A program made the translations under genes and the position numbers. A stretch of DNA of 64,000 bases. Source: Bacteroidales bacterium. GTDB taxonomy: Bacteria > Bacteroidota > Bacteroidia > Bacteroidales > CAIWKO01. Every line of letters begins with the position of its first letter. Position 1 is the stretch's first letter. Of the stretch, positions 36,305-45,515 are shown in pieces. The DNA is taken from NCBI GenBank assembly GCA_035389045.1, contig DAOORA010000001.1, forward strand, positions 9,458-73,457, read 5' to 3'. The notes under the pieces were generated by a model, which searched no databases, was not told where the DNA came from, and saw only the letters and a program-made list of their open reading frames with translations.

Positions 36305-36693
36305 TAATCATCATTAAGAGCTTGTCGTTTTTCCAAGGTATTATTAATGTACTTAATGAATTTATCCGATTCATCTTTCAATATTTCAAGCATGTTAATG
36401 ATACGGTCCATGTTTTTACTGTCGTAATTAATTTTATATAGAATATCAAGCGCAGATGAAGACTGGCTATAAATCCGGCCAAGGTCAACAAGCATTTGCT
36501 TCGATTTGTTTTTTGTTACAGGAGATATGACATAGGGCAAAGTATCAATAAGATAATCGTGTGTGTCACCAATTTTATTCTGAAAATTGAACAGAAAATT
36601 CTCAAAGCGAATACCTCCAGCGATTCTGATATGTTTTAATGACCTGATAAATTCTGAAAAGTCAAGTGCCAGGTGTTCGGAATATGGTTTCAT
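36304..36693 (-). CDS. Hypothetical protein (129 aa), paralog of 33520-33879
   Basis: See 33520-33879. Confidence 0.55.
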   Translation of the reverse strand: MKPYSEHLALDFSEFIRSLKHIRIAGGIRFENFLFNFQNKIGDTHDYLIDTLPYVISPVTKNKSKQMLVDLGRIYSQSSSALDILYKINYDSKNMDRIINMLEILKDESDKFIKYINNTLEKRQALNDD

Positions 36694-36705
36694 AAAAATG
36701 ATTTA

Positions 36706-37458
36706 TTATTGCTCCGTATTCAATTGTTTTTTAACGAAATTCATTATTTCCTGTGAGATACTGGATTTGTCAATCTCTTTTTCCCAACGTTCCCTGACAC
36801 TTTCATCAATTTCCTGTTCCTTAATATAATTTAATGCCAGCTCTCTGCATATTCCGAAAAAGAGAGCAGAAATCTGTGATTGTTGCGTTGCATACTGGCC
36901 GAGCCGGTGGGCAAACATGCCATTCAAAAATTTTGGAGGCATTTTCAGGTTAGAATCAGACTCAGCGCATTTTTCAAAGATGGCATGCTCGGCAGTAATT
37001 ACATTTTTTTGCTCAAACTGAGACCTGATTAAGGCATCAGCAATAAGGATACCTGTTTTTATGCCTTCAAGTTTAGTTCTTTCTTTTCTTTCTTCGGGGG
37101 TTTCGGTAAAACCTGAAGGTTCAATTTTCTGATTTAACAATTCAGAATCTGTTAAGGGATTTGAGGAGAAACCGTTTTCAGTGTTCATGTCCTCAGGATT
37201 TGTTTTTGCCATAGTTTTAAATTTTAATTTGTTATTATTTGGGTTTATTACTGTTTCTTTTTCGAATAAATTTAGTTCAGGAACAATATCATTAAAATTG
37301 GCTATAGGATTTGGGGACGGCTTGGCTTTTCTGAATTTTTCACCAAAGCAAAGTTTACACATTGCCGACAAACCATCTTTCATCTTCCTGTTGTTATAGA
37401 AGTCCTCAGAGGGTTTCCATTTGCTACAAGAAGTACATTTTTTTTGTGATACATTCAT
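36706..37458 (-). CDS. Hypothetical protein with N-terminal CxxC...CxxC zinc-ribbon (250 aa)
   Basis: KKCTSCSKWKPSEDFYNNRKMKDGLSAMCKLCFGEKF. The remainder is unassigned. Confidence 0.45.
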   Translation of the reverse strand: MNVSQKKCTSCSKWKPSEDFYNNRKMKDGLSAMCKLCFGEKFRKAKPSPNPIANFNDIVPELNLFEKETVINPNNNKLKFKTMAKTNPEDMNTENGFSSNPLTDSELLNQKIEPSGFTETPEERKERTKLEGIKTGILIADALIRSQFEQKNVITAEHAIFEKCAESDSNLKMPPKFLNGMFAHRLGQYATQQSQISALFFGICRELALNYIKEQEIDESVRERWEKEIDKSSISQEIMNFVKKQLNTEQ

Positions 37459-37498
37459 TATTTAATAAAATTGGAATGTTTTATGATGCAAAATAAAC

Positions 37499-37527
37499 AT
37501 AGCAAAACGCAAAGGACATGCGGTTTG
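37499..37527 (-). promoter_or_regulatory. Shared dyad motif copy 4, about 40 nt upstream of the ATG at 37458
   Basis: atagcaaaacgcaaaggacatgcggtttg. The minus strand continues GCTATGTTTATTTTGC, a near -7 box. Confidence 0.45.
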
Positions 37528-37840
37528 ATTTTTTTAAATTGTGTTTGTCTTTAGAGAAAAATTTATGATGGAACAAGTAAAAAGTAGAAAACCGCTGCTT
37601 TTACGTTTGCACGTTTGCAAAGCATATATAGGAACATTGCAAAGTTCGGCGCATCGATAGCATCATTATAAAAGGTGATGAAGCGGGGTAGTGGGTTTGC
37701 AGTCTCTTTTCTTTGCAGCTTGTACTTTTAAAAAAACCAGTTCTGTAAACGTAAATAACATTACTTTAGTCATGCGAAATCAACAGGTGCAGATCACAAA
37801 GCAAACCCATAAAACTGAAAACATATATATTTACCTGCAT

Positions 37841-38494
37841 ATGAGCAACAGTAACCATTCTAAAGAAAGAAAAACCATGTGGGTGGTTTTGCTCACAGCG
37901 GCTGCCATGATTGTTGAAATAAGCTTTGGCCTGATCACAAAGTCGATGGCGCTGCTGGCCGACGGCATCCATATGGGGTCGCATGTGCTGGCTATTGGCT
38001 TAAGCTGGGCAGCCTATATTGTGGTCAGGCGGCTGGAAAGGAAAAATACGTTTGCGGGTAATTCAAAAAAAATTCTTTCGCTTTCAGGGTATAGCAGCGG
38101 ATTAATGCTGCTGATCTTTGCAGTTTTTATCCTGATTGAGGCCCTAAAACGATTTTTTAACCCCGTAGAGATTCAGTTTAAAGAAGCGATTATTGTTGCC
38201 ATAGCAGGATTACTGATTAATCTCATCAGCGCTCTGATTTTACGACACGATCATGCCCACTCAGACCACAATATCAAAGCAGCCTACTTACATGTGCTTG
38301 CAGACGCACTCACCAGCATAACAGCCATCATCGCATTATTGGGAGCCATGATCTGGCAAATTTTCTGGCTGGATGCAGCAGGCGCTTTTATCGGTTCCTT
38401 CGTTATCATTAAATGGTCCACCGGGCTGTTGAAAGAGTCGGGGAAAGTTTTGCTGGATATCCATGCTGAAAACACTAAGGCTGATAACTTTTAA
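37841..38494 (+). CDS. Cation diffusion facilitator (CDF) family transporter, short form lacking the cytoplasmic C-terminal domain
   Basis: From the ATG at 37841 there are six hydrophobic segments. TM2 has LLADGIHMGSH and TM5 has HVLADALTS (HxxxD). The protein ends about 20 aa after TM6. The listed start at 37691 is unlikely. Confidence 0.7.
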   Translation: MSNSNHSKERKTMWVVLLTAAAMIVEISFGLITKSMALLADGIHMGSHVLAIGLSWAAYIVVRRLERKNTFAGNSKKILSLSGYSSGLMLLIFAVFILIEALKRFFNPVEIQFKEAIIVAIAGLLINLISALILRHDHAHSDHNIKAAYLHVLADALTSITAIIALLGAMIWQIFWLDAAGAFIGSFVIIKWSTGLLKESGKVLLDIHAENTKADNF

Positions 38495-38883
38495 ATTGAT
38501 TTTCTGCGGCTTTTAACTTATGGCCACCTCTAAAAACTTCAAATTTCTTCGTTCGTCTTCGTTCTTCAATTCCTTGCGTTCGGCAGGCTCAGCACAGGCA
38601 TGTACGCAAATCACACTGCGGTTTTCAGAACTTCGACGGCCTCGAACTTTTTTGTTTTAGAGGCGCCCGATCAAGGTTATTAGAGATGCCCTTATTAAAT
38701 AGCGGAATCCTCATAATCTGCGCATAGATTATATATGCCGCAAACACCTCAGTCTTATAAGACAACAGATATTAAACCGCTTATTATAAGATTTTAAAAT
38801 CAATATTATTAACAATTTCTTGATTTTTGCCTCTCAATTTTGTATCTTCGCCATAACAATACAACACCTTAAAAAAATATATC

Positions 38884-40968
38884 ATGAAAAAATTACTAAT
38901 ACCATTTTTATTGCTGACAGGATTTTTTATTTTGATAGAAAGCAACCAGGCCAGGGCGCAGAACAGCTGGAACACAGCTGCTGTTTTTGATGGCAACTGT
39001 TATATTAAAGAAATGGTCGGCGCTCTTAACAATGCTTCGGGGGAAATGACCGTAGAATTCTGGATGAAACCTGCCGCTGATAATTCGAGTTATTCGATCA
39101 TAGGGAAAAATCAATTCAGGATTTTGACAAGCTCCGGCAAAATCCGGGTTCAGGTTAGCGGAACAACGCTGCTTAATTCAACTGCCGAGATCGATACCGG
39201 CCAATGGACCCATGTGGCGGTTACCTTCAGCAACACCAACAATGCCATTAAAATATACCTCAACGGGAGTTTAGACAATACGCTATCAACATTCAGCGGT
39301 TCTTTCGCTGCAACAACAGATACGCTGGTTATTGGTAAAAGCGTCTATGGCGACAACCTGGAAGGCGGACTGGATGAAGTCAGGATATGGAAAACGGTGC
39401 GCACAGCTTCCGAAATTCAGAACAACTTCAAAATACATCTGGGCTGGTATGGAAATACTTACTATGATAACAATTTGATCTATTGCAGGACGTTTGATTT
39501 TGATGTATACAGCCCTGGTTTTTATTTACCTTACGGGGGGGCGACCGGAACCTTTGGGAGTGACATACTGGGCAAAAAGCCTTCCAAAACCGTATTACAT
39601 AACAACAGTATTTTTTTCACCGGCTCCTCATACCTGGAAGCTACTACTTCCAACGACCCGGATATTTCGTTGACCGGCCCTATGACCGTGGAGGCATGGA
39701 TTTATCCTTCAACAATTGGTACAACACAGCCCATACTGGATCTGACACAGGGTGGCGGCGGCTATAAAATGACACTGGAAAGTTCAGGTAAAATTTCCTG
39801 GGCAATGGGAGGCAATCAGGGTACCGGAAACACTGTGCTTACAGCAAATAAATGGTACCATGTTGCTGTAGTCTGCGGCACACCATCCGGCGGAACACAA
39901 ACAGCATACATTTACATTAACGGAACACAGGATGCCGGCTATAATTATAATCAACTGGTTATTAATACAGGAAAACTAAGAGTCGGAACCAACAGCACCG
40001 CCACCAATTTCTTTAGCGGTTATATTGATGAAGTTCGCATATCAAATTATTCAAAGACTCTGACTGAAATTATACGGTATCTGCATACCCCAATCCTTTA
40101 TATAAACAAACCAGACCCTCCCAACATCACTGTAGCCTACAATTTTGACGGAAATATATACTCAGGAACCAGGGATGGCAGCCTGCTAAAAAATTATGGC
40201 TGTCGTTTTTCTTATGCCAATGATCCCTATTCCCCTATGTTTCATATCGGCTACCCACATGAATCACTACTCGACAGTCTCAGTGTTAAACACCCGTTTT
40301 TAACCATACCTTCTACAGGCACTGCTGGATATACGTACGACACTCTGCTGATCAACCAAAGTATTGCTATCGAACCGGATAAAATGAAAGTTTTTGTTTC
40401 ACTTAACCACGGTAACATCCACGACCTGAAAATTGAACTCATTGGCCCCGAAAACGATTCGGTTGTTTTGACAGATCAGGTTTCCCTGCCAACGAAAGAA
40501 ATTACCTGCATATTCTCCGGTCAGGCCGGTGAACTGTTGAGCAGTTCTTTTTTTGATAACGCGCCCATAACAGGCCCTTATGACAACTTTGGTGTTTTCA
40601 ACGGTAAGAACAGCCAGGGAGTATGGAAACTCAAAATCACCGATCTGGCCAACGGCAACACGGGGGTTCTGAACAGCTGGGGGCTGTTATTCAGCGGCGG
40701 TTACTTTTCGGTTAATGAATATGGCTATGATGATAAACCATTGATTTACCCCAATCCTTCCGCAGGAAGATTCGTGGTGGACATGAAAGTATCCTCAAAT
40801 ATCATTAATACACTGGAAGTGTTTAATTTACTTGGCGCAAAGGTTTACCAAACCCAACTTACAGGTATAACATCTGAAATTGATCTCATGGGACAGCCCG
40901 GCGGCGTTTATTTGGCAAGAATCTCTAACGGCACTAAAACATATCTTGAAAAGATTGTAATACAGTAA
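38884..40968 (+). CDS. Secreted LamG (x2) + proprotein-convertase P-domain protein with T9SS C-terminal domain
   Basis: LDEVRIWKTVRTASEIQ and IDEVRISNYSKTLTEI (LamG). HGNIHDLKIELIGP...GVWKLKITD (P-domain). C-terminus IYPNPSAGRFVV...GVYLARISNG. Confidence 0.8.
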   Translation: MKKLLIPFLLLTGFFILIESNQARAQNSWNTAAVFDGNCYIKEMVGALNNASGEMTVEFWMKPAADNSSYSIIGKNQFRILTSSGKIRVQVSGTTLLNSTAEIDTGQWTHVAVTFSNTNNAIKIYLNGSLDNTLSTFSGSFAATTDTLVIGKSVYGDNLEGGLDEVRIWKTVRTASEIQNNFKIHLGWYGNTYYDNNLIYCRTFDFDVYSPGFYLPYGGATGTFGSDILGKKPSKTVLHNNSIFFTGSSYLEATTSNDPDISLTGPMTVEAWIYPSTIGTTQPILDLTQGGGGYKMTLESSGKISWAMGGNQGTGNTVLTANKWYHVAVVCGTPSGGTQTAYIYINGTQDAGYNYNQLVINTGKLRVGTNSTATNFFSGYIDEVRISNYSKTLTEIIRYLHTPILYINKPDPPNITVAYNFDGNIYSGTRDGSLLKNYGCRFSYANDPYSPMFHIGYPHESLLDSLSVKHPFLTIPSTGTAGYTYDTLLINQSIAIEPDKMKVFVSLNHGNIHDLKIELIGPENDSVVLTDQVSLPTKEITCIFSGQAGELLSSSFFDNAPITGPYDNFGVFNGKNSQGVWKLKITDLANGNTGVLNSWGLLFSGGYFSVNEYGYDDKPLIYPNPSAGRFVVDMKVSSNIINTLEVFNLLGAKVYQTQLTGITSEIDLMGQPGGVYLARISNGTKTYLEKIVIQ

Positions 40969-41008
40969 GGTACTTTTGGGTAGGGAATATCGACCATATT
41001 CATTGCAC

Positions 41009-41716
41009 TCAATTCTTTATACAACGGACAGAACATCCATACTTCTTCAAAAAGTTCAGTTTATGGATATCACTGTAATCAAAGCCCATTTCCCAGTACC
41101 AGGCCTTGCTGCTGTCAAATGACGTGGAACACCACCATAATCCATATACCGTCATTTCCTGGAAAGCGCCATCAAAAGAATTGCGGAGGCCACCCGGGAA
41201 AGCTGCAAAACCATGTGTGTCTGACGCACCTGTATTAGGGCTGAGCCAGTGTGTCGTACCTGTTTCCTTGAGTTTACCACCTGCGACACCGGTACCACCC
41301 AGGTAGTCCACCAGTGTCTGCCATTCAGCGCTGCTGGGAATATGCCATCCTTCAGGGGCAAGATTCCGGCTGTCGGTAATGGCATACCAGTTGTAAAGCC
41401 GCCCGTAGGTGTCCGATTGGGCAGCAGTATTACTATAATTACAGTAAGCTCCGGTTCCGAGGTTGATCCATGCAGCATTATCAGTGACATTAGGTATCGC
41501 TGTGCCATCTCGGTATTTGGTCGTCTTCAGGTTTTCCACCATCCATACCTGGCTACCTATGGTGACAAAATGATACACATTGCCGTCGATATCTGTAACG
41601 GTATTCTGAGGGGTGTTGTCATCCTCTTCTTCCTCCTTCTTGCACCCCGTAAATATAATAAAGACAATTCCCATGATGAGTACAGGGAGAAATAATTTTT
41701 TGCTTAATTTTTTCAT
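41009..41716 (-). CDS. FISUMP (Fibrobacter succinogenes major paralogous) domain lipoprotein
   Basis: Lipobox FTGC, then DIDGNVYHFVTIGSQVWMVENLK...YGRLYNWYA...GWHIPS.AEW..L...GGKLK...WW. Confidence 0.8.
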   Translation of the reverse strand: MKKLSKKLFLPVLIMGIVFIIFTGCKKEEEEDDNTPQNTVTDIDGNVYHFVTIGSQVWMVENLKTTKYRDGTAIPNVTDNAAWINLGTGAYCNYSNTAAQSDTYGRLYNWYAITDSRNLAPEGWHIPSSAEWQTLVDYLGGTGVAGGKLKETGTTHWLSPNTGASDTHGFAAFPGGLRNSFDGAFQEMTVYGLWWCSTSFDSSKAWYWEMGFDYSDIHKLNFLKKYGCSVRCIKN

Positions 41717-41860
41717 AGTTAAAAGTTTTATTTGAACAAAATATCAGTAACATCTGTTTTATGATCAAAGATTTGTGTGAGAAATAACATGCCATCGTAG
41801 CAGATTTTATTTCGCATACACAAAGATTTCAACAGGTAAAGAAAAAGTCCTCAGTGTTGG

Positions 41861-42745
41861 TTAAAACGACCGGATGGCACGGACACTATAGGTATTTTCT
41901 TTGTTGCCATAGTGGGAATATCCTCCGCTGAAAGTAGCATAGAACCATGCGTTGCCGGCTCCTGAAGGAGCATATTCGGTGCTCGACCAGTAGTAATTTG
42001 CTGTCATGCCACCTATAGCTGCCCTGTTTAGATAAAGCGTTGTCAGTTCCAGTTTGCTGGGCAGGTACCAATCATCGTATCCACCAAGAACCAGATCATA
42101 ACATATCCGGGCAGCATAGTTTCCGGCTCCCTGAGCACCGACGATGGTATTGGTATTTGTTTTTCCGTCATAATCGCTGGTAGCGCCGGTAACGGTATAA
42201 CTTCCGTTATTCCATACCACACCGGCGCTCTGATCGGCAGGAGTGGCAATCAACCCGTGTGTTTCGCCGGCTACGTAGCCCGGATCACCTGCCTGCAAAA
42301 TATAAGCAATGATCCCTCCCTGGTAATTATCGCCGACCTGCAGTCCGCCGCTCAGTGTTGTAAAACTCACCTGGTTTCCATAAGCAGTGCCGGCACTATT
42401 GGTGGCATATGCACGCACATAATAGGTAGTGCCCGGTGTCAACCCTGTGACACTACTGGTAAAAGATCCCACATCTGTGCCATCTGTTGTTTTGTTATTG
42501 GCTATACTTGGTAACTGCGATGTACTCCAGCACACTCCACGTGCGGTTAAGGATGCGCCCCCGTCACTGGTGATACTGCCGCCACACTTTGCTGTTGTGG
42601 TAGTTATGTTGCTCACAGCAGAAGTCGTTAACACCGGCACGGTAGGATCCTCTTCGGTGTCATTTTTCTTACATCCACTTGCAATAACTATAATTATAGC
42701 AATCATCATCAGGAAAAAAATGGGCATCGGGTTTTTCTTTTTCAT
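41861..42745 (-). CDS. Lipoprotein with DUF1566 (Lcl C-terminal-like) domain
   Basis: MKKKNPMPIFF...ASGC lipobox, so the start was moved to the ATG at 42745. DDWYLPSKLELTTLY and YWSSTEY signature. Confidence 0.65.
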   Translation of the reverse strand: MKKKNPMPIFFLMMIAIIIVIASGCKKNDTEEDPTVPVLTTSAVSNITTTTAKCGGSITSDGGASLTARGVCWSTSQLPSIANNKTTDGTDVGSFTSSVTGLTPGTTYYVRAYATNSAGTAYGNQVSFTTLSGGLQVGDNYQGGIIAYILQAGDPGYVAGETHGLIATPADQSAGVVWNNGSYTVTGATSDYDGKTNTNTIVGAQGAGNYAARICYDLVLGGYDDWYLPSKLELTTLYLNRAAIGGMTANYYWSSTEYAPSGAGNAWFYATFSGGYSHYGNKENTYSVRAIRSF

Positions 42746-42801
42746 AGTCTTAGGTTTAAAATAATAAGGGTGCAAAATACAAAAATTTCTAATCTGTGTG
42801 T

Positions 42802-43332
42802 TTACTTTCTGTCGAAGAATGGGTTTTTAGATGTGGCGGATAAGGGTATACCGTATATAACAGCCGCTTCCTCACCCAGCAGTCCGAGTTCTTTCACGGC
42901 CATTCCCACAGTGTACATCACACGGTTGTCAATATGGTGTGCGGCAGCCACACTAACCGCCGAGCCGATGGCTATGCCCAGGTCACCTGTATTGAAAACA
43001 CAGGGAATAGCGGGGCGTTTCTTTTTTTCTTCACAATTATCAAATCCGCATAGGCTGCAAACCGGCAAACCCAAAGTGTTTATTTTTGCAGCAAGCAGCA
43101 ACATATAAGGAGCCAGCAACATATTCTCTGCATCACGGAGAAAAAAAGCTGCATTAGCCCTGTTGCCGATCTCTTTCATTTTTTTTGAAATCTCAAGAAT
43201 ATCATCTTTCTCAGCAATAGCTAAAATCAGGTTATCCACCCCCCTCGCCTTAGGGGCCGTGCGCGCAGCAACGAGCATTTTTTCAGCAATATTCCTCACC
43301 GTCTGCCTGCTTATTTCGTTTTCCGTAATCAT
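42802..43332 (-). CDS. DUF2148-like (ferredoxin-domain) protein
   Basis: ARTAPKARGVDNL...FFLRDAEN...CSLCGFDNCEE pattern. Confidence 0.55.
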   Translation of the reverse strand: MITENEISRQTVRNIAEKMLVAARTAPKARGVDNLILAIAEKDDILEISKKMKEIGNRANAAFFLRDAENMLLAPYMLLLAAKINTLGLPVCSLCGFDNCEEKKKRPAIPCVFNTGDLGIAIGSAVSVAAAHHIDNRVMYTVGMAVKELGLLGEEAAVIYGIPLSATSKNPFFDRK

Positions 43333-43399
43333 TTTTTCCGAACTCCCTAAATCAATTTATATTTAATACAAGCTATAAGCATATTTTTTATTTCATCCA

Positions 43400-43600
43400 A
43401 TCAACATGCTCTAACATCCAATCTCCCATCCGATTCCGATACCGATTTCAATCGGTACCATCGGAACTATCGAACTCCCAACCCCTCATTCACCTTCATT
43501 AATCCTGCACCCATTCAACTTATTTAGTACGGACATTTCATGAAATGTCCCTATTGCAATTTACCTCCAATCCCCCCAATCACTAATCTCTTATCTCCTT
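43400..43600. repeat. Word-repeat and palindrome tract, reverse-complement relative of 23786-24340
   Basis: catccaatctcccatccgat is the reverse complement of atcggatgggagattggatg. taccgatttcaatcggta. A perfect 20-bp palindrome ggacatttcatgaaatgtcc lies at 43531-43550. ccaatccccccaatcactaatctc. Confidence 0.75.
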
Positions 43601-44254
43601 ATTATCAGTACCCACCACTCTGCCGTTTTCGTATAAAACCTCCTTCTCCACCGTTCCGTCTTCGCAGTACCAGATCTCTTTCCCGTCTTTTTCATTTTTC
43701 ACATAAGGCACTTCGCGTTTCATTTTTCCATTCCAATAATACCCGTAAAGTACACCCTCACCCATACTGAATTTACCTTCACCTACTATTATACCTTTAT
43801 CATCATAGTACTTCCAGTTGCCGTCGTACAGGCCTTTCCTGAATTTCCCCGAAACTTTTATGATCCCGTTGGGATGACGTTCGGTGTAATTCCCATTCAG
43901 TGTGTCGTTCACATAATCTTCTTCTGTAAAAACCACTCCGTTTTCAAAATACACGTTGCTCCTGCCATTACGTAAATTATTCGTATAATATTCAACCCTT
44001 TCGAGCAAACCATTAATGTTCCAGCGTGTCATTTTACCCTCAATCAGTCCGTTCACATAGGTACATTCCATTTGTTTATTAGAATTCAAATAGTACCAGG
44101 TCTGCAATCCATCAAGTTTATCACCCCGATAGGTAAGCTCAGACTTAAGAATGCCATTGGGATAATACTCTTTTTTTGTATTATCACATGAAAGAAACAA
44201 AAAAGGAAAGCTTAATAAAAGAAGTGCGGAAGAGATATGAAAAAAAAACCTCAT
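43583..44254 (-). CDS. MORN-repeat (YwqK-like) lipoprotein
   Basis: Repeats of type Y.NG.....Y.....G....Y..NG. Start moved to MRFFFHISSALLLLSFPFLFLSC (lipobox). Confidence 0.7.
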   Translation of the reverse strand: MRFFFHISSALLLLSFPFLFLSCDNTKKEYYPNGILKSELTYRGDKLDGLQTWYYLNSNKQMECTYVNGLIEGKMTRWNINGLLERVEYYTNNLRNGRSNVYFENGVVFTEEDYVNDTLNGNYTERHPNGIIKVSGKFRKGLYDGNWKYYDDKGIIVGEGKFSMGEGVLYGYYWNGKMKREVPYVKNEKDGKEIWYCEDGTVEKEVLYENGRVVGTDNKEIRD

Positions 44255-44273
44255 ATATTCACTAAAATTAACA

Positions 44274-45515
44274 TCAGGCAACCATTAACAATGACCTGTC
44301 GATCTTGTTGATCTTTTCTTCGGCAAACTGCCTTGTGATATAGAGGTCGCTGGTATCATTCCTCGACGGCATTTCGAACATGGCGTCGGTCATGATAATT
44401 TCAAATATAGAGCGAAGTCCCCTGGCGCCGAGTTTGAATTCTATTGATTTTTCAACGACCAGGTCAAGGGCGGCATCATCATATGTTAGTTTGATGCCAT
44501 CCATTTCGAACAGTTTTATATATTGCTTGGTAAGAGCGTTTTTCGGCTCGGTAAGTATCCGTTTCAGAGTGTCTTTGTCCAGCGGATTCAGGTGGCTGAT
44601 GATAGGCAAACGCCCGACAAGTTCGGGTATGAGGCCATAACTTTTCAGGTCCTGCGGAGCAACATACTGCATCAGGTTTTCTTTATCAATTTTCTGTCGT
44701 TTGGCGCCCGAATTATAGCCTATCATACTGGTCATAAGCCGCGAACCGATTTTATGTTCTATCCCATCGAAAGCGCCTCCGCAGATGAACAGGATGTTTT
44801 CGGTGTTTACCTGTATCATGCGCTGTTCGGGGTGTTTACGGCCTCCCTGTGGCGCCACATTAACCACGGCGCCTTCCAGAAGCTTCAGCATGGCCTGCTG
44901 CACACCTTCGCCCGACACATCGCGGGTGATGGAGGGGTTATCGCTTTTACGTGCAATCTTATCTATTTCATCAATAAAAACAATGCCTTTTTCTGCTTCT
45001 TCCACATTATAGTCGGACACCTGCAGCAGACGCGTAAGCACACTTTCCACATCCTCGCCGACATATCCGGCTTCGGTAAGCACGGTGGCATCGGCAATGC
45101 AGAATGGCACATGCAGCATCTTTGCGATGGTACGCGCCAGCAAGGTCTTCCCTGTGCCGGTCTCGCCCACAAGAATGATGTTGGATTTTTCAATTTCCAC
45201 TTCGTCAGCCGACTTTTTGTTGTTCAGCCGGCTGATACGCTTGTAATGATTATATACAGCCACTGAAAGCACTTTTTTTGCATGATCCTGCCCAATAACA
45301 TATTGATCGAGGTGATGTTTTATCTCAGCGGGCTTTGGAAGTTCAAATTTATGCGTAGTCTTGCTTTTCTTGCGGACATCAAACTCTTCGTTGAGTATCA
45401 TCTGCGCCTGTTCCACACAGCCATCACAGATATGGGCATCAAGTCCGGCGATGAGCAGCCTTACTTCAGCCCTTTTTTTTCCGCAAAAAGAACATCTTTC
45501 GAAATCCTTGGCCAT
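44274..45515 (-). CDS. clpX: ATP-dependent Clp protease ATP-binding subunit ClpX
   Basis: N-terminal zinc finger CSFCGKK...CDGC, Walker [19 protein letters not shown]. Confidence 0.95.
   Translation of the reverse strand: MAKDFERCSFCGKKRAEVRLLIAGLDAHICDGCVEQAQMILNEEFDVRKKSKTTHKFELPKPAEIKHHLDQYVIGQDHAKKVLSVAVYNHYKRISRLNNKKSADEVEIEKSNIILVGETGTGKTLLARTIAKMLHVPFCIADATVLTEAGYVGEDVESVLTRLLQVSDYNVEEAEKGIVFIDEIDKIARKSDNPSITRDVSGEGVQQAMLKLLEGAVVNVAPQGGRKHPEQRMIQVNTENILFICGGAFDGIEHKIGSRLMTSMIGYNSGAKRQKIDKENLMQYVAPQDLKSYGLIPELVGRLPIISHLNPLDKDTLKRILTEPKNALTKQYIKLFEMDGIKLTYDDAALDLVVEKSIEFKLGARGLRSIFEIIMTDAMFEMPSRNDTSDLYITRQFAEEKINKIDRSLLMVA

Noticed and set aside
21382-37700. Intact prophage or integrative conjugative element
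   Set aside because: I recognised no integrase, recombinase, terminase, capsid, tail, relaxase or T4SS genes. No direct repeat of the tRNA-Arg 3' end was found at the distal side.
37691-37840. Extended N-terminus of the CDF transporter from the listed start at 37691
   Set aside because: The extra 50 residues (GLQSLFFAACTFKKTSSVNVNN...) are not CDF-like. The internal ATG at 37841 gives a canonical short cytoplasmic N-terminus before TM1.
38520-38660. Possible ncRNA or terminator structure downstream of the CDF gene (cctctaaaa...ttttagagg outer pairing)
   Set aside because: Only a short outer stem with a poorly paired interior, and I recognised no family. Most simply it is another member of the hairpin-word intergenic sequences.
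43540-43770. 76-aa + strand ORF (MKCPYCNLPP...)
   Set aside because: It starts inside the 20-bp palindrome of the repeat tract and then runs antisense to the MORN-repeat gene.
44523-45266. 247-aa ORF antisense to clpX (and similar antisense ORFs 52872-53618, 53844-54323, 9737-10351, 20337-20930, 6727-7203)
   Set aside because: Each lies entirely within a strongly supported gene on the opposite strand. They are typical shadow ORFs.
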